From an uncultured virus (IMG/VR IMGVR_UViG_3300022923_001281) (lineage: Duplodnaviria > Heunggongvirae > Uroviricota > Caudoviricetes): a stretch of 54,096 bases of DNA. A model generated the notes under the pieces. The model was given only the letters and a program-made list of their open reading frames with translations. It was not told the DNA's origin and did not search any database. The stretch lies in the IMG/VR virus record IMGVR_UViG_3300022923_001281; one strand, written 5' to 3'. Positions 27,028 to 36,707 of this stretch are shown here, piece after piece. The stretch's first letter is position 1; every line of letters begins with the position of its first letter. The position numbers and the translations under genes were made by a program.

Positions 27028-27060
27028 AAGTGAGCAAGTTGATTCTTGCTCACTTTTTCT
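27028..27060 (+). terminator. intrinsic terminator
   Basis: AAGTGAGCAAG-TTGATT-CTTGCTCACTT, an 11-bp stem running into a T tract. Confidence 0.85.
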
Positions 27061-27061
27061 C

Positions 27062-27106
27062 TTGACAAAAGTAAATAGTAGTGTATTATAAGTGTATAGG
27101 CACTGA
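27062..27106 (+). promoter_or_regulatory. promoter, twin motif copy 2
   Basis: TTGACA-16-TATTAT then AAGTGTATAGGCACTGA. Confidence 0.8.
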
Positions 27107-27116
27107 GAGGAATAAC

Positions 27117-28442
27117 ATGTTAGATTTTTTACCGCACTATGTAGCAATGAAAATGTCTACAGAAAAAACAGCATCTGAATTAAGAACATGGCAACCAGAT
27201 CCTGATTTAACTGAAGAACAACTTATCGAAATGGATAAAGAAGTATACGAGCGGATTGTTACTGCTCGTGTTGGCTTATTATTGCGACACCCATTCTTTG
27301 GCAATATGGCTACACGTTTAAAAATCCAACGTGCTGATTGGCTTCCTACTGCTGCCGTAGATGGTCGCAACTTGTTCTACAATGTTCAATTCTTTAATGC
27401 TATGAACAATAAAGAAATTGAATTTGTTGTAGCACATGAAATCCTTCATATGGTGTTTGATCATTTAGAACGTAGAGAAGATAGAGATCCACGTTTGTAT
27501 AATATTTCATGTGATTATATTGTAAACAATACGCTAGTTGATGATCGCATTGGATCAGTTCCTAGCATTGTAAATTGCTTTCAAGATTTTAAATATCGCG
27601 GATGGGCTAGTGAAGCAGTATATGATGACTTATACAAACAAGCAGAAAAAAATGGCAAAGAATTCTTAGAACAATTTGGTGAAATGCTAGACGAACATAT
27701 CGACTGGGGTGATGGTGATGGTGATGGCGAAGAGGGTAAAAGCGGCGATGGTAAAAGTAAACGTCCTGTTTACACTAAAGCAGAACGTGATCAAATAAAA
27801 GATGAAATAAAAGAAGCAATGATACAAGCGGCGCAAAGTGCCGGTGCTGGTAACGTTCCTGCTGGTGTTCAGCGATTAATTAAAGAAATTACTGAACCAA
27901 AAATGAACTGGCGTGAAATTATACAACAACAAATTCAAAGTACAATTAAAAGCGATTACACGTTCAGCCGTCCTTCACGTAAAGGCTGGCATACTGGTGC
28001 TGTTTTGCCTGGTATGAATTTTGAAGAAACTATTGATATTGCTATTGCTATCGATATGAGTGGTAGTATTGGTAACAGTCAAGCCGCAGACTTCTTAGGC
28101 GAAGTAAAAGGTATTATGGAACAATACAAAGATTATAAAATTAAGATTTGGTGTTTTGATACTAAAGTATACAACGAAGATGACTTTTCAGCAGATGATG
28201 GTAGAGACATCTCTGAATACGAAATTGCTGGTGGCGGTGGCACTGACTTTATGGTGAACTGGACATATATGAAAGAAAATAATATAACTCCTAAGCGGTT
28301 TTTGATGTTTACAGATGGTTATGCTTGGGATAGTTGGGGCGATCCAGATTGGTGTGAAACAGTATTTTTAATCCATTCACATCATGATAAAAACCTTGAG
28401 GCGCCTTTTGGTATGACAACACACTATGAGGAAGCGGCTTGA
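27117..28442 (+). CDS. metallopeptidase-like + vWA domain protein (DUF2201-type), MoxR partner
   Basis: AHEILH (HExxH), IDMSGSI (MIDAS DxSxS), GGGGTDF and FTDGY. Confidence 0.9.
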   Translation: MLDFLPHYVAMKMSTEKTASELRTWQPDPDLTEEQLIEMDKEVYERIVTARVGLLLRHPFFGNMATRLKIQRADWLPTAAVDGRNLFYNVQFFNAMNNKEIEFVVAHEILHMVFDHLERREDRDPRLYNISCDYIVNNTLVDDRIGSVPSIVNCFQDFKYRGWASEAVYDDLYKQAEKNGKEFLEQFGEMLDEHIDWGDGDGDGEEGKSGDGKSKRPVYTKAERDQIKDEIKEAMIQAAQSAGAGNVPAGVQRLIKEITEPKMNWREIIQQQIQSTIKSDYTFSRPSRKGWHTGAVLPGMNFEETIDIAIAIDMSGSIGNSQAADFLGEVKGIMEQYKDYKIKIWCFDTKVYNEDDFSADDGRDISEYEIAGGGGTDFMVNWTYMKENNITPKRFLMFTDGYAWDSWGDPDWCETVFLIHSHHDKNLEAPFGMTTHYEEAA

Positions 28443-28714
28443 AGCAAACTAGAATAAATCCATTAGATATTTTTGAAGTAAGGAGAGTTGACTTTTGTCC
28501 TCCTTACTTTGAATCTACTATTTTTCCGTTACGATATAATGTAAAAGAAGCTATTAGCGAGTGGATTGAAGATAATCTATCTGGAAGATATTATGTTGGT
28601 AAAACTATTACTAGTCATAAAACAATGAATTCAAATGTAAAAATTGGCTTTGAGAATACTAAAGAACTTAGTTATTTTCTACTAGCTTGTCCACATTTGA
28701 AATACAATCAATAA
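28439..28714 (+). CDS. hypothetical phage protein
   Basis: WIEDNLSGRYY...IGFENTKELSYFLLACP. Confidence 0.75.
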   Translation: MKQTRINPLDIFEVRRVDFCPPYFESTIFPLRYNVKEAISEWIEDNLSGRYYVGKTITSHKTMNSNVKIGFENTKELSYFLLACPHLKYNQ

Positions 28715-28749
28715 GAGCATTATAAGTATTTAGAAGGAGATTTAATATA

Positions 28750-29010
28750 ATGACAGACGAAACAGTTCAAACAAATCCTAATGATTTGACTATTCAAGAT
28801 CTTGCCACAATGAAAGGCATTATTGATATTGCTAGTGAGCGTTCTGCGTTTAAGCCAAAAGAAATGGCAGCAGTAGGTATCATTTACAATAAACTTGAAT
28901 ATTTTTTAAAGCAAGTAGAAGAACAGCAAGAAGCTGCTAAAAATGCTGCCCCAGCACCTGCTCCTGCTCCTGCTACTGAACCTACAGAGGCAGCGGAAAC
29001 GGAGTCGTAA
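28750..29010 (+). CDS. hypothetical protein
   Basis: AAGGAG RBS, upstream TATAAGTA box and an Ala/Pro-rich tail. Confidence 0.8.
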   Translation: MTDETVQTNPNDLTIQDLATMKGIIDIASERSAFKPKEMAAVGIIYNKLEYFLKQVEEQQEAAKNAAPAPAPAPATEPTEAAETES

Positions 29011-29615
29011 TGTTAAAACACGTCGGGCGTATAGCCAACAACAAAAAGAAAGTTTGTGTAGCATATCGTACTTTACCAAATGATCCTGCTAATTGTTTAG
29101 TAGTAATGTCAGAAACTCTTGGTAGAGCAGATCACGATGATTTAATGAAACTTGTTGAATCAAATGCTGGACAAAGTGCTAATGAATTGTACGAAGCAAT
29201 GGCTCGTACATATTTGTCAGACGGCAGACAAATGCTTGCCGGCTTTCACCAACAAGGACACTTGAGAAAGTATCCTACAACTGCTATTGAAATGACACCC
29301 AATGCCAAAACAACTATTACATTAGCTGAACTGAATAATGTAATTGCTCAACAAAAAGGTGTAAGTGTAGCAGATTTAGCTGTGACATCATCAGCAAGAA
29401 GTGCTCCTGAACAAAATCCAGAGGTTACTGAATCTCCTGTAACTGCTGAAGCACCAATTACTGACCCTTCTAGTGGTGTCCTTGATGATGCTCAATTAGC
29501 AGCAAGTTATAGATCACAAGCAGATAGTATGTTTAAAGAAGCAAAAAGGCTCAGAGAAGAAGCCGAAAAGTTGTCACCAACAAAAAAAGCAACTAAGAAA
29601 AAAGCCGAGGCATAA
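29010..29615 (+). CDS. hypothetical phage protein
   Basis: 201-aa ORF with a TAATG overlap. Confidence 0.85.
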   Translation: MLKHVGRIANNKKKVCVAYRTLPNDPANCLVVMSETLGRADHDDLMKLVESNAGQSANELYEAMARTYLSDGRQMLAGFHQQGHLRKYPTTAIEMTPNAKTTITLAELNNVIAQQKGVSVADLAVTSSARSAPEQNPEVTESPVTAEAPITDPSSGVLDDAQLAASYRSQADSMFKEAKRLREEAEKLSPTKKATKKKAEA

Positions 29616-29621
29616 TGAAAG

Positions 29622-29921
29622 TTGGCACCAAAAAACAAAGATGATGATTGGCAAGATATTTTACAAGAAATTGATATCGATATCTTGCCAATTGAATACA
29701 TGAATAGAATTTTAATTCACTTTAAAGATAAAACTACATGGGACATCGATATCAAAGATAGTCGTAATAAACAACCAGTAGATGAAATTGAAAAAACACT
29801 CGACGATTTATTTGAAGAATATGACGATAGGATAGAGAATATCGATTTTAGAATGGATATGGAAAGACTACGTTCAGATTTAGATAAACGAGTTAAAAGA
29901 TTCCTTAAATTAAATAAGTAA
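29622..29921 (+). CDS. acidic hypothetical protein
   Basis: 99-aa ORF with a TTG start. Confidence 0.75.
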   Translation: MAPKNKDDDWQDILQEIDIDILPIEYMNRILIHFKDKTTWDIDIKDSRNKQPVDEIEKTLDDLFEEYDDRIENIDFRMDMERLRSDLDKRVKRFLKLNK

Positions 29922-29935
29922 ACAGCTCTTATGTG

Positions 29936-29942
29936 ATAAATA
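29936..29942 (+). promoter_or_regulatory. T4-late-like promoter box
   Basis: ATAAATA in the intergenic gap before a structural gene. Similar boxes at 24670, 28721, 48678 and 53216. Confidence 0.5.
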
Positions 29943-29975
29943 CTTATAAGACGACTATCACCTAGGAGATTTTAA

Positions 29976-31811
29976 ATGGCATTGCGATTAAGACGCGGAA
30001 CCAACGCAGAAAGAACTACTCAAACTTTCGCAGTTGGTGAACTGGTATATACTACTGATACAAAACAATTGTATGTTGGAGATGGTTCTACTACAGGAGG
30101 TCTCCTTGTAAGCAGTTCATCAGCAACATCACCAGCAGCACTAACAAGAGATTTAAGCCTAGCAGGATTTAATATTACCGGTACAGGTAACATTACTGCT
30201 ACATCATTCACAGGCGATGGTAGTGGGTTAACCAATTTACCAGGCGGAGGTACTGGTGTTGTTGACGGAGAAGAGTATGCTATCAATATTCAAGGTGATG
30301 TTAGAGGTGATGACACCACAGTAATCGTTGATGCTACACTAGGAAGAGTAACGGCTGATTTGTATGGTGATGGTAGTAATATTACAAATCAAACTCTACA
30401 ACAATTAAGCAATGTAAATATAACAAGTCCATTAACAAGTCAAGTTTTAAAATATGATGGTGTTAATTGGGTTAATGGCACTGATACTGGTATTGGTATT
30501 ACTGTAAAAGACGAAGGTAGTGCCCTTCCTACAGCAGTTGAAAGTTTTGACTTTGTTGGCGACGGAGTAACAGTTACAGGATCAGGTTCAGAAAAAACTG
30601 TAACTATTTCAGGCGGAGGCGGAAGCGGAGTAGTTACTGGACAGTCTTATGAGATTGATGTTATTGGTTCTGTCTATGCTGCTAACTCTACTTTGCTAGT
30701 AGACGGTGTTAATGGAACTATCCCTGCTGCTAATTTACAAGGTACAGCAGTAATAACAGTTCAAGGTGACGTTACAAGTACAGGTAACAGTAGTTTCTTT
30801 AATGCTACAGTGAGTAATGATCTTACAGTTACCAACACGTTGACTGTAAATGGCGATTTAGTAACTACAGGTGTTGTTGCTTCACAGTTTGAAGGTAGTT
30901 TATATACAGACAACAGTAATATTGTTGTTGATGCTAGTGACGGTAGTATCTATGCTGATATTATAAGAAATAATGCTGGAACAATTTTTATTAGATCACC
31001 TGAGGATGCTCAAAACTTAATTCAAATTGAAGCATCAAACAGCACAGGAAATACATCAACTCCACAAACTACTGTACAATATACACATGCTCAAGATAGA
31101 AGTTCTGACGATGATCTAATTTACAGAGAACTTTATCAACTTGTTGACTCTGTTGGAACAAAAACAACTTATCAACACTTAGCATATAAGACTCAAGTAA
31201 GCTGGGGTGCTAGTGCTACAGATGCTACGCCTTCTGATAAAATTATGTCGTTAAAAGAAGGATACCTAGCAATAGGCGGTTTTGGTGCTGAAGCTAGATT
31301 AGATGTCAGAGGTGATGTTATCCTTAGAGGTCAAACAACAGCCTTTAGAAATGCTCTTACAGCCACTGATGGTCATTTACTTTACAATTCAGATTTAAAC
31401 AAATTTGAAGCATACGAAAATGGTGCTTGGGTAAACGTAATTCAAGATTTCGGAAACTTTACGTTCACAAATAGTATACTTGATACTGATGATTCTAGTG
31501 GTATTACAATTACTCCAGCTGTTACAATAAGCAGTGACCTAGATGTAGAGAACAATTTAACAGTAACAGGCAGTGTTACAGCAGATAAATTCATATCCAC
31601 TGGCACTGAAACACCTGAAATTAGCGCAAGTGCTAACTTAAACTTAACAGCAGGAAATGCTGTTGTAGTAACAAATTCACCATTGCGTATGGCAAGTTTT
31701 ACCACAACAGAAAGAAACGCATTAGCAGCCCAAAACGGCGACATTATATACAATACAACGGACAACAAATTCCAAGGTTATGAAAACGGTGCATGGGCTA
31801 ACTTAATCTAA
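29976..31811 (+). CDS. tail fibre / virion fibre protein
   Basis: Mtd-N-like start (LRRGT...GELVYTTDTKQLYVGDG), G/T/S-rich beta repeats and a duplicated C-terminal module. Confidence 0.8.
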   Translation: MALRLRRGTNAERTTQTFAVGELVYTTDTKQLYVGDGSTTGGLLVSSSSATSPAALTRDLSLAGFNITGTGNITATSFTGDGSGLTNLPGGGTGVVDGEEYAINIQGDVRGDDTTVIVDATLGRVTADLYGDGSNITNQTLQQLSNVNITSPLTSQVLKYDGVNWVNGTDTGIGITVKDEGSALPTAVESFDFVGDGVTVTGSGSEKTVTISGGGGSGVVTGQSYEIDVIGSVYAANSTLLVDGVNGTIPAANLQGTAVITVQGDVTSTGNSSFFNATVSNDLTVTNTLTVNGDLVTTGVVASQFEGSLYTDNSNIVVDASDGSIYADIIRNNAGTIFIRSPEDAQNLIQIEASNSTGNTSTPQTTVQYTHAQDRSSDDDLIYRELYQLVDSVGTKTTYQHLAYKTQVSWGASATDATPSDKIMSLKEGYLAIGGFGAEARLDVRGDVILRGQTTAFRNALTATDGHLLYNSDLNKFEAYENGAWVNVIQDFGNFTFTNSILDTDDSSGITITPAVTISSDLDVENNLTVTGSVTADKFISTGTETPEISASANLNLTAGNAVVVTNSPLRMASFTTTERNALAAQNGDIIYNTTDNKFQGYENGAWANLI

Positions 31812-31821
31812 GGGGGCTTAA

Positions 31822-34725
31822 ATGAGCGAAAAAGAATATATTGTCACACTCAAGGCGGGTGTTGACTACGATGCTTTCAATACAGAAATGATTGCTAATA
31901 CTGGTGCTGGAGATATTCCTAACCGTACAGTCACAGTAGCAAACGCAAGACCATTGAGTCAGCGTAACACACACTACAGTTTAACTGACGAAGAAGCAAC
32001 AGCACTACGCAATGATAGTAGAGTAGTTGATGTACAAATTCCACCAGAACTTAGAGACGATATTGAAATTGGTAACAATGTGCTTATTACTGATACATTT
32101 AGAAAAACCAGTGCTATTACCGCAGCAGATTTAAATTGGGGCAATGCTAGGTGTGTTGTAAGAGAAGACTTATGGGGTAGTGGTACAACTAGTATCACAG
32201 CAGACTTTCCACATACACTAACAGGCCAAGGTGTTGACATTGTAATACAAGATTCAGGATTACAATCCGATCATATAGAATTTACAAAAATTAATTACGA
32301 TCCAAACAATATGTACAACAAAGGTCCACTGACATCTGATAATACAAACGGAGCAGTTTTTGACAGATCTATACAAGTAAAAGGTGTTAAAATTGTTTTA
32401 GCTGGAGCAGTTGGTGGAGCAACCACAGTTCCTGATGAATGGGGCAATAAAGTTGCGCAGATGTATAATTGGTTCCTTGATCCAACAGCAGCAAATGTTT
32501 CACCGCCAATCCAAGAAAAGTTTATACTTACACTTAGAGGTGATGCTGAAGTTAGCTGGCACCAAGGCAAACAAACAGCGCAACGTGTTGGCTACGGCGG
32601 CGGTGCTTCATATACTCCAAACTGGTTAACAGACGACGGAGCAGCACAGTATGCCGGTTATGTTAACTTTTTAGATAGTCATGAGATGAATGATATGGTA
32701 TGGTATCAAAACAGCAGTGGCACGCCAGGAACTGGTGACATTGATGCTCAAGAAGTTATCGAACACATATTTCATACACTACACATGCACGGACTGCCAG
32801 CAGATGATTTAAAAATGTATGCCTTCTTAGCTGCTGACTGGCAAAGTGGCGAGCTATTCGCAGCAATGGAAGAAGCATTTGACGCAAGCAAATGGGATCC
32901 ATCGGGTTATCAAAGTCCAGCAAATGCGTGGAAAACTGACTCGGATGCGTTTGAAGTAGCAGCAAAAGAATACTTGTATCTACTAAACTTTTGTATGTTT
33001 GATTATTCAAGTTTATGGGATGGCGGTAGTCTTGCTCCTGAATGGACAGACGATGTTAGAACACCAGCACAAATTGAATCAACACTTCCGTTAGGTTATG
33101 CTTTATTTAAAAAGTATATCGAACCATGTATTGCTAAAGTTTCTAAAAGAGCTATACAAAGTTTATTCCGTGACGGTGATACAGGTAATCCATTTGATGG
33201 AGGACATTCAGGATACTCACCAGATACAGTAAGTAGAGTAAAAGAAATTGATTGGTATGCTCACAGTGGTGTAAGTGGCACAATGAACAACAACCATTAT
33301 AGAGACTATAATGGACACGGATCACACTGCGGTGGTACTGTAGCAGGGCGCACACTAGGCTGGGCACGAGATGCTGACATATATAGTGTAAAAGTATCAG
33401 GGTTAGAAGGCACAGGCGATAGTGGAACAGGTATTAGTGTAAGCAATTGTTTTGATGTAATTAAAGGCTGGCACAACAACAAGCCAGTGGACCCTAAGAC
33501 TGGATTTAAGCGCCCTACAGTAGTCAATGCTAGTTGGGGATATAGCGGAACACGTAGTACTGACCCTACTGCTATAAGCTATAGAGGTAATAGTTTAACA
33601 CCAGGAACCAACGGTGTAGTAAACAGTGACGCAGACTGGAATACTTATTTTGGTATTATTCCACAATACTTTAGTAGCGGTACAGCTAGAAGACTTAATG
33701 TTAGAGTAGCAAGTGTAGATGCCGATCTAGAAGAATGTATAGCAGCAGGTATACACTTTTGTATAGCAGCAGGTAACAGCTATTGGTACATCGATACAGC
33801 TACAGGCGACAACTGGAATGATACAATCACTGTGGGTAACGGCGCAGAAAATCCTTACAGAGGTAGCAGTCCATACAGCACAAATGCGTTTATGGTTGGT
33901 AATATAGATACTAGCTATCAAGGATCACTAGAACAAAAAGCAGAGTCAAGTTGTCACGGCCCAGGCGTTGATATATATGCGCCAGGAACAAGTATTATGA
34001 GCTGTGCTAGTACAGAAAAATCAGGTGCTTGTGATTTAACAGATGGTACACAAGCTAGTGCAAGTACAGTACAATCGCCTATTACAGGTTCAAGTGCTAC
34101 AGACGAATGTATGAAGATATCAGGTACTAGTATGGCATCTCCGCAGGTAGCAGGAATGGTAGCAAGTGTGCTTCAGGCTAATCCAGGTATGACGCCAGCG
34201 CAAATGAAAACATACATTCACAATAATGCTACACAAGATTTGTTGTTTACAGATACACAATCAGGTAGTAGCCCAGTTACACATGCTTTTGTAATTGATG
34301 CTGCTAATGGTTCAAGTGATTATACATTTAATAGTGCTACAGACCGTAATGGTGCTGTAAGTGGCAATGACCCGGCAATTACTATATACGAAGATGATAC
34401 AATTACACTTACAAATAATACTGGCGCTCATCCGCTGTATATAAAATGGCAAAGTTCAACTGGTACAGGCGATGTAGTAAGCACACCTGCTGCAACAGGA
34501 CAAGGAGCAACCAACGGCACAGTTAGTTGGACCCCTACAGTACCAGGTGTATATTACTATCAGTGTAGTGCGCATCTAGGAATGAACAATACTATTACAG
34601 TTTTACCTAAACAAGCCTGGGGCGATGACGATAGTATTACTAGAAGTCCTAATAGAATACTTTATTCACCTTTATGGACTGATCCTAATAGTATGGGTAT
34701 AAAAGGTAGTATTACAAGAACTTGA
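31822..34725 (+). CDS. S8 subtilisin-like protease with inserted putative metal-binding domain and cupredoxin-like domain
   Basis: IVIQDSG (Asp), HGSHCGGT (His), AAGNS and GTSMASP (Ser). Inserts carry EHIFHTLH and HPLYIK...YYYQCSAHLGM. Confidence 0.9.
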   Translation: MSEKEYIVTLKAGVDYDAFNTEMIANTGAGDIPNRTVTVANARPLSQRNTHYSLTDEEATALRNDSRVVDVQIPPELRDDIEIGNNVLITDTFRKTSAITAADLNWGNARCVVREDLWGSGTTSITADFPHTLTGQGVDIVIQDSGLQSDHIEFTKINYDPNNMYNKGPLTSDNTNGAVFDRSIQVKGVKIVLAGAVGGATTVPDEWGNKVAQMYNWFLDPTAANVSPPIQEKFILTLRGDAEVSWHQGKQTAQRVGYGGGASYTPNWLTDDGAAQYAGYVNFLDSHEMNDMVWYQNSSGTPGTGDIDAQEVIEHIFHTLHMHGLPADDLKMYAFLAADWQSGELFAAMEEAFDASKWDPSGYQSPANAWKTDSDAFEVAAKEYLYLLNFCMFDYSSLWDGGSLAPEWTDDVRTPAQIESTLPLGYALFKKYIEPCIAKVSKRAIQSLFRDGDTGNPFDGGHSGYSPDTVSRVKEIDWYAHSGVSGTMNNNHYRDYNGHGSHCGGTVAGRTLGWARDADIYSVKVSGLEGTGDSGTGISVSNCFDVIKGWHNNKPVDPKTGFKRPTVVNASWGYSGTRSTDPTAISYRGNSLTPGTNGVVNSDADWNTYFGIIPQYFSSGTARRLNVRVASVDADLEECIAAGIHFCIAAGNSYWYIDTATGDNWNDTITVGNGAENPYRGSSPYSTNAFMVGNIDTSYQGSLEQKAESSCHGPGVDIYAPGTSIMSCASTEKSGACDLTDGTQASASTVQSPITGSSATDECMKISGTSMASPQVAGMVASVLQANPGMTPAQMKTYIHNNATQDLLFTDTQSGSSPVTHAFVIDAANGSSDYTFNSATDRNGAVSGNDPAITIYEDDTITLTNNTGAHPLYIKWQSSTGTGDVVSTPAATGQGATNGTVSWTPTVPGVYYYQCSAHLGMNNTITVLPKQAWGDDDSITRSPNRILYSPLWTDPNSMGIKGSITRT

Positions 34726-34750
34726 CATAGTAACAAAACTCTTGTATACT
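34722..34750 (+). promoter_or_regulatory. sigma70-type promoter opening the tailoring island
   Basis: TTGACA-17-TATACT on the protease TGA stop. Confidence 0.85.
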
Positions 34751-34775
34751 TATAGTATAGGAGATAAGTATTATT

Positions 34776-35342
34776 ATGAATACCTTTTACTTTGTTGCTT
34801 TTACATATGTTTTTTATATGACAATAGTTTCTATTGGCATAACTTTTGGATATCATAGATACTTTGCTCATAGAGATTTTAGAGTGCCAGCATGGGCAGA
34901 AGTGTTAATACTTTACTTAGGTGTTTTATGCGGCGGTAGATCTCCACTTACTTGGGTAGGAGTTCATAGAATGCATCACGCTTACAGCGACACTGAAAAA
35001 GACCCTCATTGTAAAAAATATCAACCGTGGTATGTAATACTTTTTAGTTTATGGAGAGTAGAAAGTATTCCGCGTAGATTTATCAAAGACATGTTAATTA
35101 ATCCTAGAGTAATGTTTTTCCACAAATATAGAAATTTTATTTACGTAATAACATTGCTAGTTTCTTTTATACTTTTTGGCTATCAAAGTTTGATAGTTTT
35201 AACATCAGTATACTTGCTTTCATATATAGGTTTTGGTGCTTTAAATCTTTGGGGACATGACAACAACGGACCTATAAACAATGTTTGGGTTAATTTAATT
35301 GCTCCCTTTGAAGGCAACCATAAAGATCATCACGAAGCATAA
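34776..35342 (+). CDS. minimal membrane delta-9-type fatty acid desaturase
   Basis: Three His boxes (HRYFAH, HRMHH, HKDHH) and hydrophobic segments. Confidence 0.9.
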   Translation: MNTFYFVAFTYVFYMTIVSIGITFGYHRYFAHRDFRVPAWAEVLILYLGVLCGGRSPLTWVGVHRMHHAYSDTEKDPHCKKYQPWYVILFSLWRVESIPRRFIKDMLINPRVMFFHKYRNFIYVITLLVSFILFGYQSLIVLTSVYLLSYIGFGALNLWGHDNNGPINNVWVNLIAPFEGNHKDHHEA

Positions 35343-36109
35343 TGTTAAAAGAAAAAATTTTACAGCAATCACTGGCAGTGAGAACTCCAGTGCTAAAACA
35401 AGTAGAAGATGTCGCTCGTAAAGTACGTGTAGACTTTGATAGTGTAAAACCTTATAAAACAGATATTGTCAAATGGTTAAGACCAATAATCAATTTAGAG
35501 GGTTATTATGTATATCCAATGAATGGATGTACTGAAGGACTTAACTGGTGGTACAATCAAGAGTACAGAGGTGTACATATGGCACCAGGAGATTATCAGT
35601 GGATTAAACCAACCGATCGATGCGCCAAGATAGTATACATGAGTATCCCTAGCGCAATTAACGGAAATTTTGTTGAACTACCAATTTTAGATCCTGTAGC
35701 ACTAGATCTAGCATATGTAGGAAGCACTAAGATACAATATATACACAATTTTGGTAATGTTGAGTATGCTTTCTTTAGTTTGTCAAAAGCGTTCGGTTTA
35801 CGCAATATCCGCACAGGATGGATGTTTACTAAGAAACCTGAGGAACGACTAGAATCATTAACGCATAGTGCGAAATATTTTAATTATTACGCACATGATG
35901 TTGCCGAAACTATAATAAGTAATTTTGATATTGACTATATACATAATACACTGTATAATAAACAGAAAGACATTTGTGAAAAATTAGATTTTACACCCAG
36001 TGACACTGTTTGGTTGGCTACTACACAAAATAAAGAATACGCAAAGTTTATGCGTGACGGCAAAACAGCAAGAATATCTATAGCAGGAGTTATGAATGAA
36101 GAAACATGA
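35342..36109 (+). CDS. short fold-type-I PLP-dependent enzyme
   Basis: NGCTEGL, ALDLAY and FSLSKAFGL..IRTG. Confidence 0.78.
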   Translation: MLKEKILQQSLAVRTPVLKQVEDVARKVRVDFDSVKPYKTDIVKWLRPIINLEGYYVYPMNGCTEGLNWWYNQEYRGVHMAPGDYQWIKPTDRCAKIVYMSIPSAINGNFVELPILDPVALDLAYVGSTKIQYIHNFGNVEYAFFSLSKAFGLRNIRTGWMFTKKPEERLESLTHSAKYFNYYAHDVAETIISNFDIDYIHNTLYNKQKDICEKLDFTPSDTVWLATTQNKEYAKFMRDGKTARISIAGVMNEET

Positions 36110-36707
36110 TTTACCAACAATACACAATTTTAACCTAGATATCGATGTTAAAGAACTACAGTACGAAGCACATAAACTATACGAAAAGTTCACCGATGTT
36201 CGCACTGCGAATCCTATGCTATGTGACAATCATATGGAACTGGTAGCAGATGTGTATGATAACTTTGAACAAATCAATTTGACAGAGCCAAGTGAAATAC
36301 TTCCATACGAACCAAGTATTAAAAAACGTTTACAACGTAGAGAAGAACATTTATATAATGTTCCTACAGAAGATTACACAGAAAGTTATTTTGAAAAAAT
36401 TGTAAAGCAACTGAAGGCGCCAGCAAGTAGGGTAAGAATTACAAAACTGGCTTCAGGTAAAAATATTCCATTCCATGTAGACTATGATGTGAATTATGCT
36501 GTTCGTTGTATTTGTCCTATATATGGAGATAATCAAGTTATCAACTTATTCAAAAGAGATGGTAAATTAGAAGCATATACACTAGAACCCGGTAATGCTT
36601 ATTTCCTAAATATTGGATATCCACACGCTGTTGTTAATATGAGTAAAGCACCAAGAATTGCTTTGATGTTTAGTTTAGATGGAACTGCTGATCTTGAAAA
36701 CATATGA
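36096..36707 (+). CDS. Fe/2OG oxygenase (AspH/proline hydroxylase-like)
   Basis: RVRITKL...FHVD...HAVVN...RIALM. Confidence 0.8.
   Translation: MKKHDLPTIHNFNLDIDVKELQYEAHKLYEKFTDVRTANPMLCDNHMELVADVYDNFEQINLTEPSEILPYEPSIKKRLQRREEHLYNVPTEDYTESYFEKIVKQLKAPASRVRITKLASGKNIPFHVDYDVNYAVRCICPIYGDNQVINLFKRDGKLEAYTLEPGNAYFLNIGYPHAVVNMSKAPRIALMFSLDGTADLENI

Noticed and set aside
27708..28974. GGTGAT x3 and CCTGCT-type short tandem repeats
   Set aside because: They encode Gly-Asp and Pro-Ala linkers. They are not CRISPR or regulatory repeats.
29976..31811. Diversity-generating retroelement suggested by the Mtd-like N-terminus
   Set aside because: No reverse transcriptase in the window. The duplicated C-terminal module differs at many non-adenine positions, unlike a TR/VR pair.
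32287..33231. Protease insertion as an intein
   Set aside because: No Cys/Ser start, no His-Asn end and no LAGLIDADG motif. It reads as an inserted domain.
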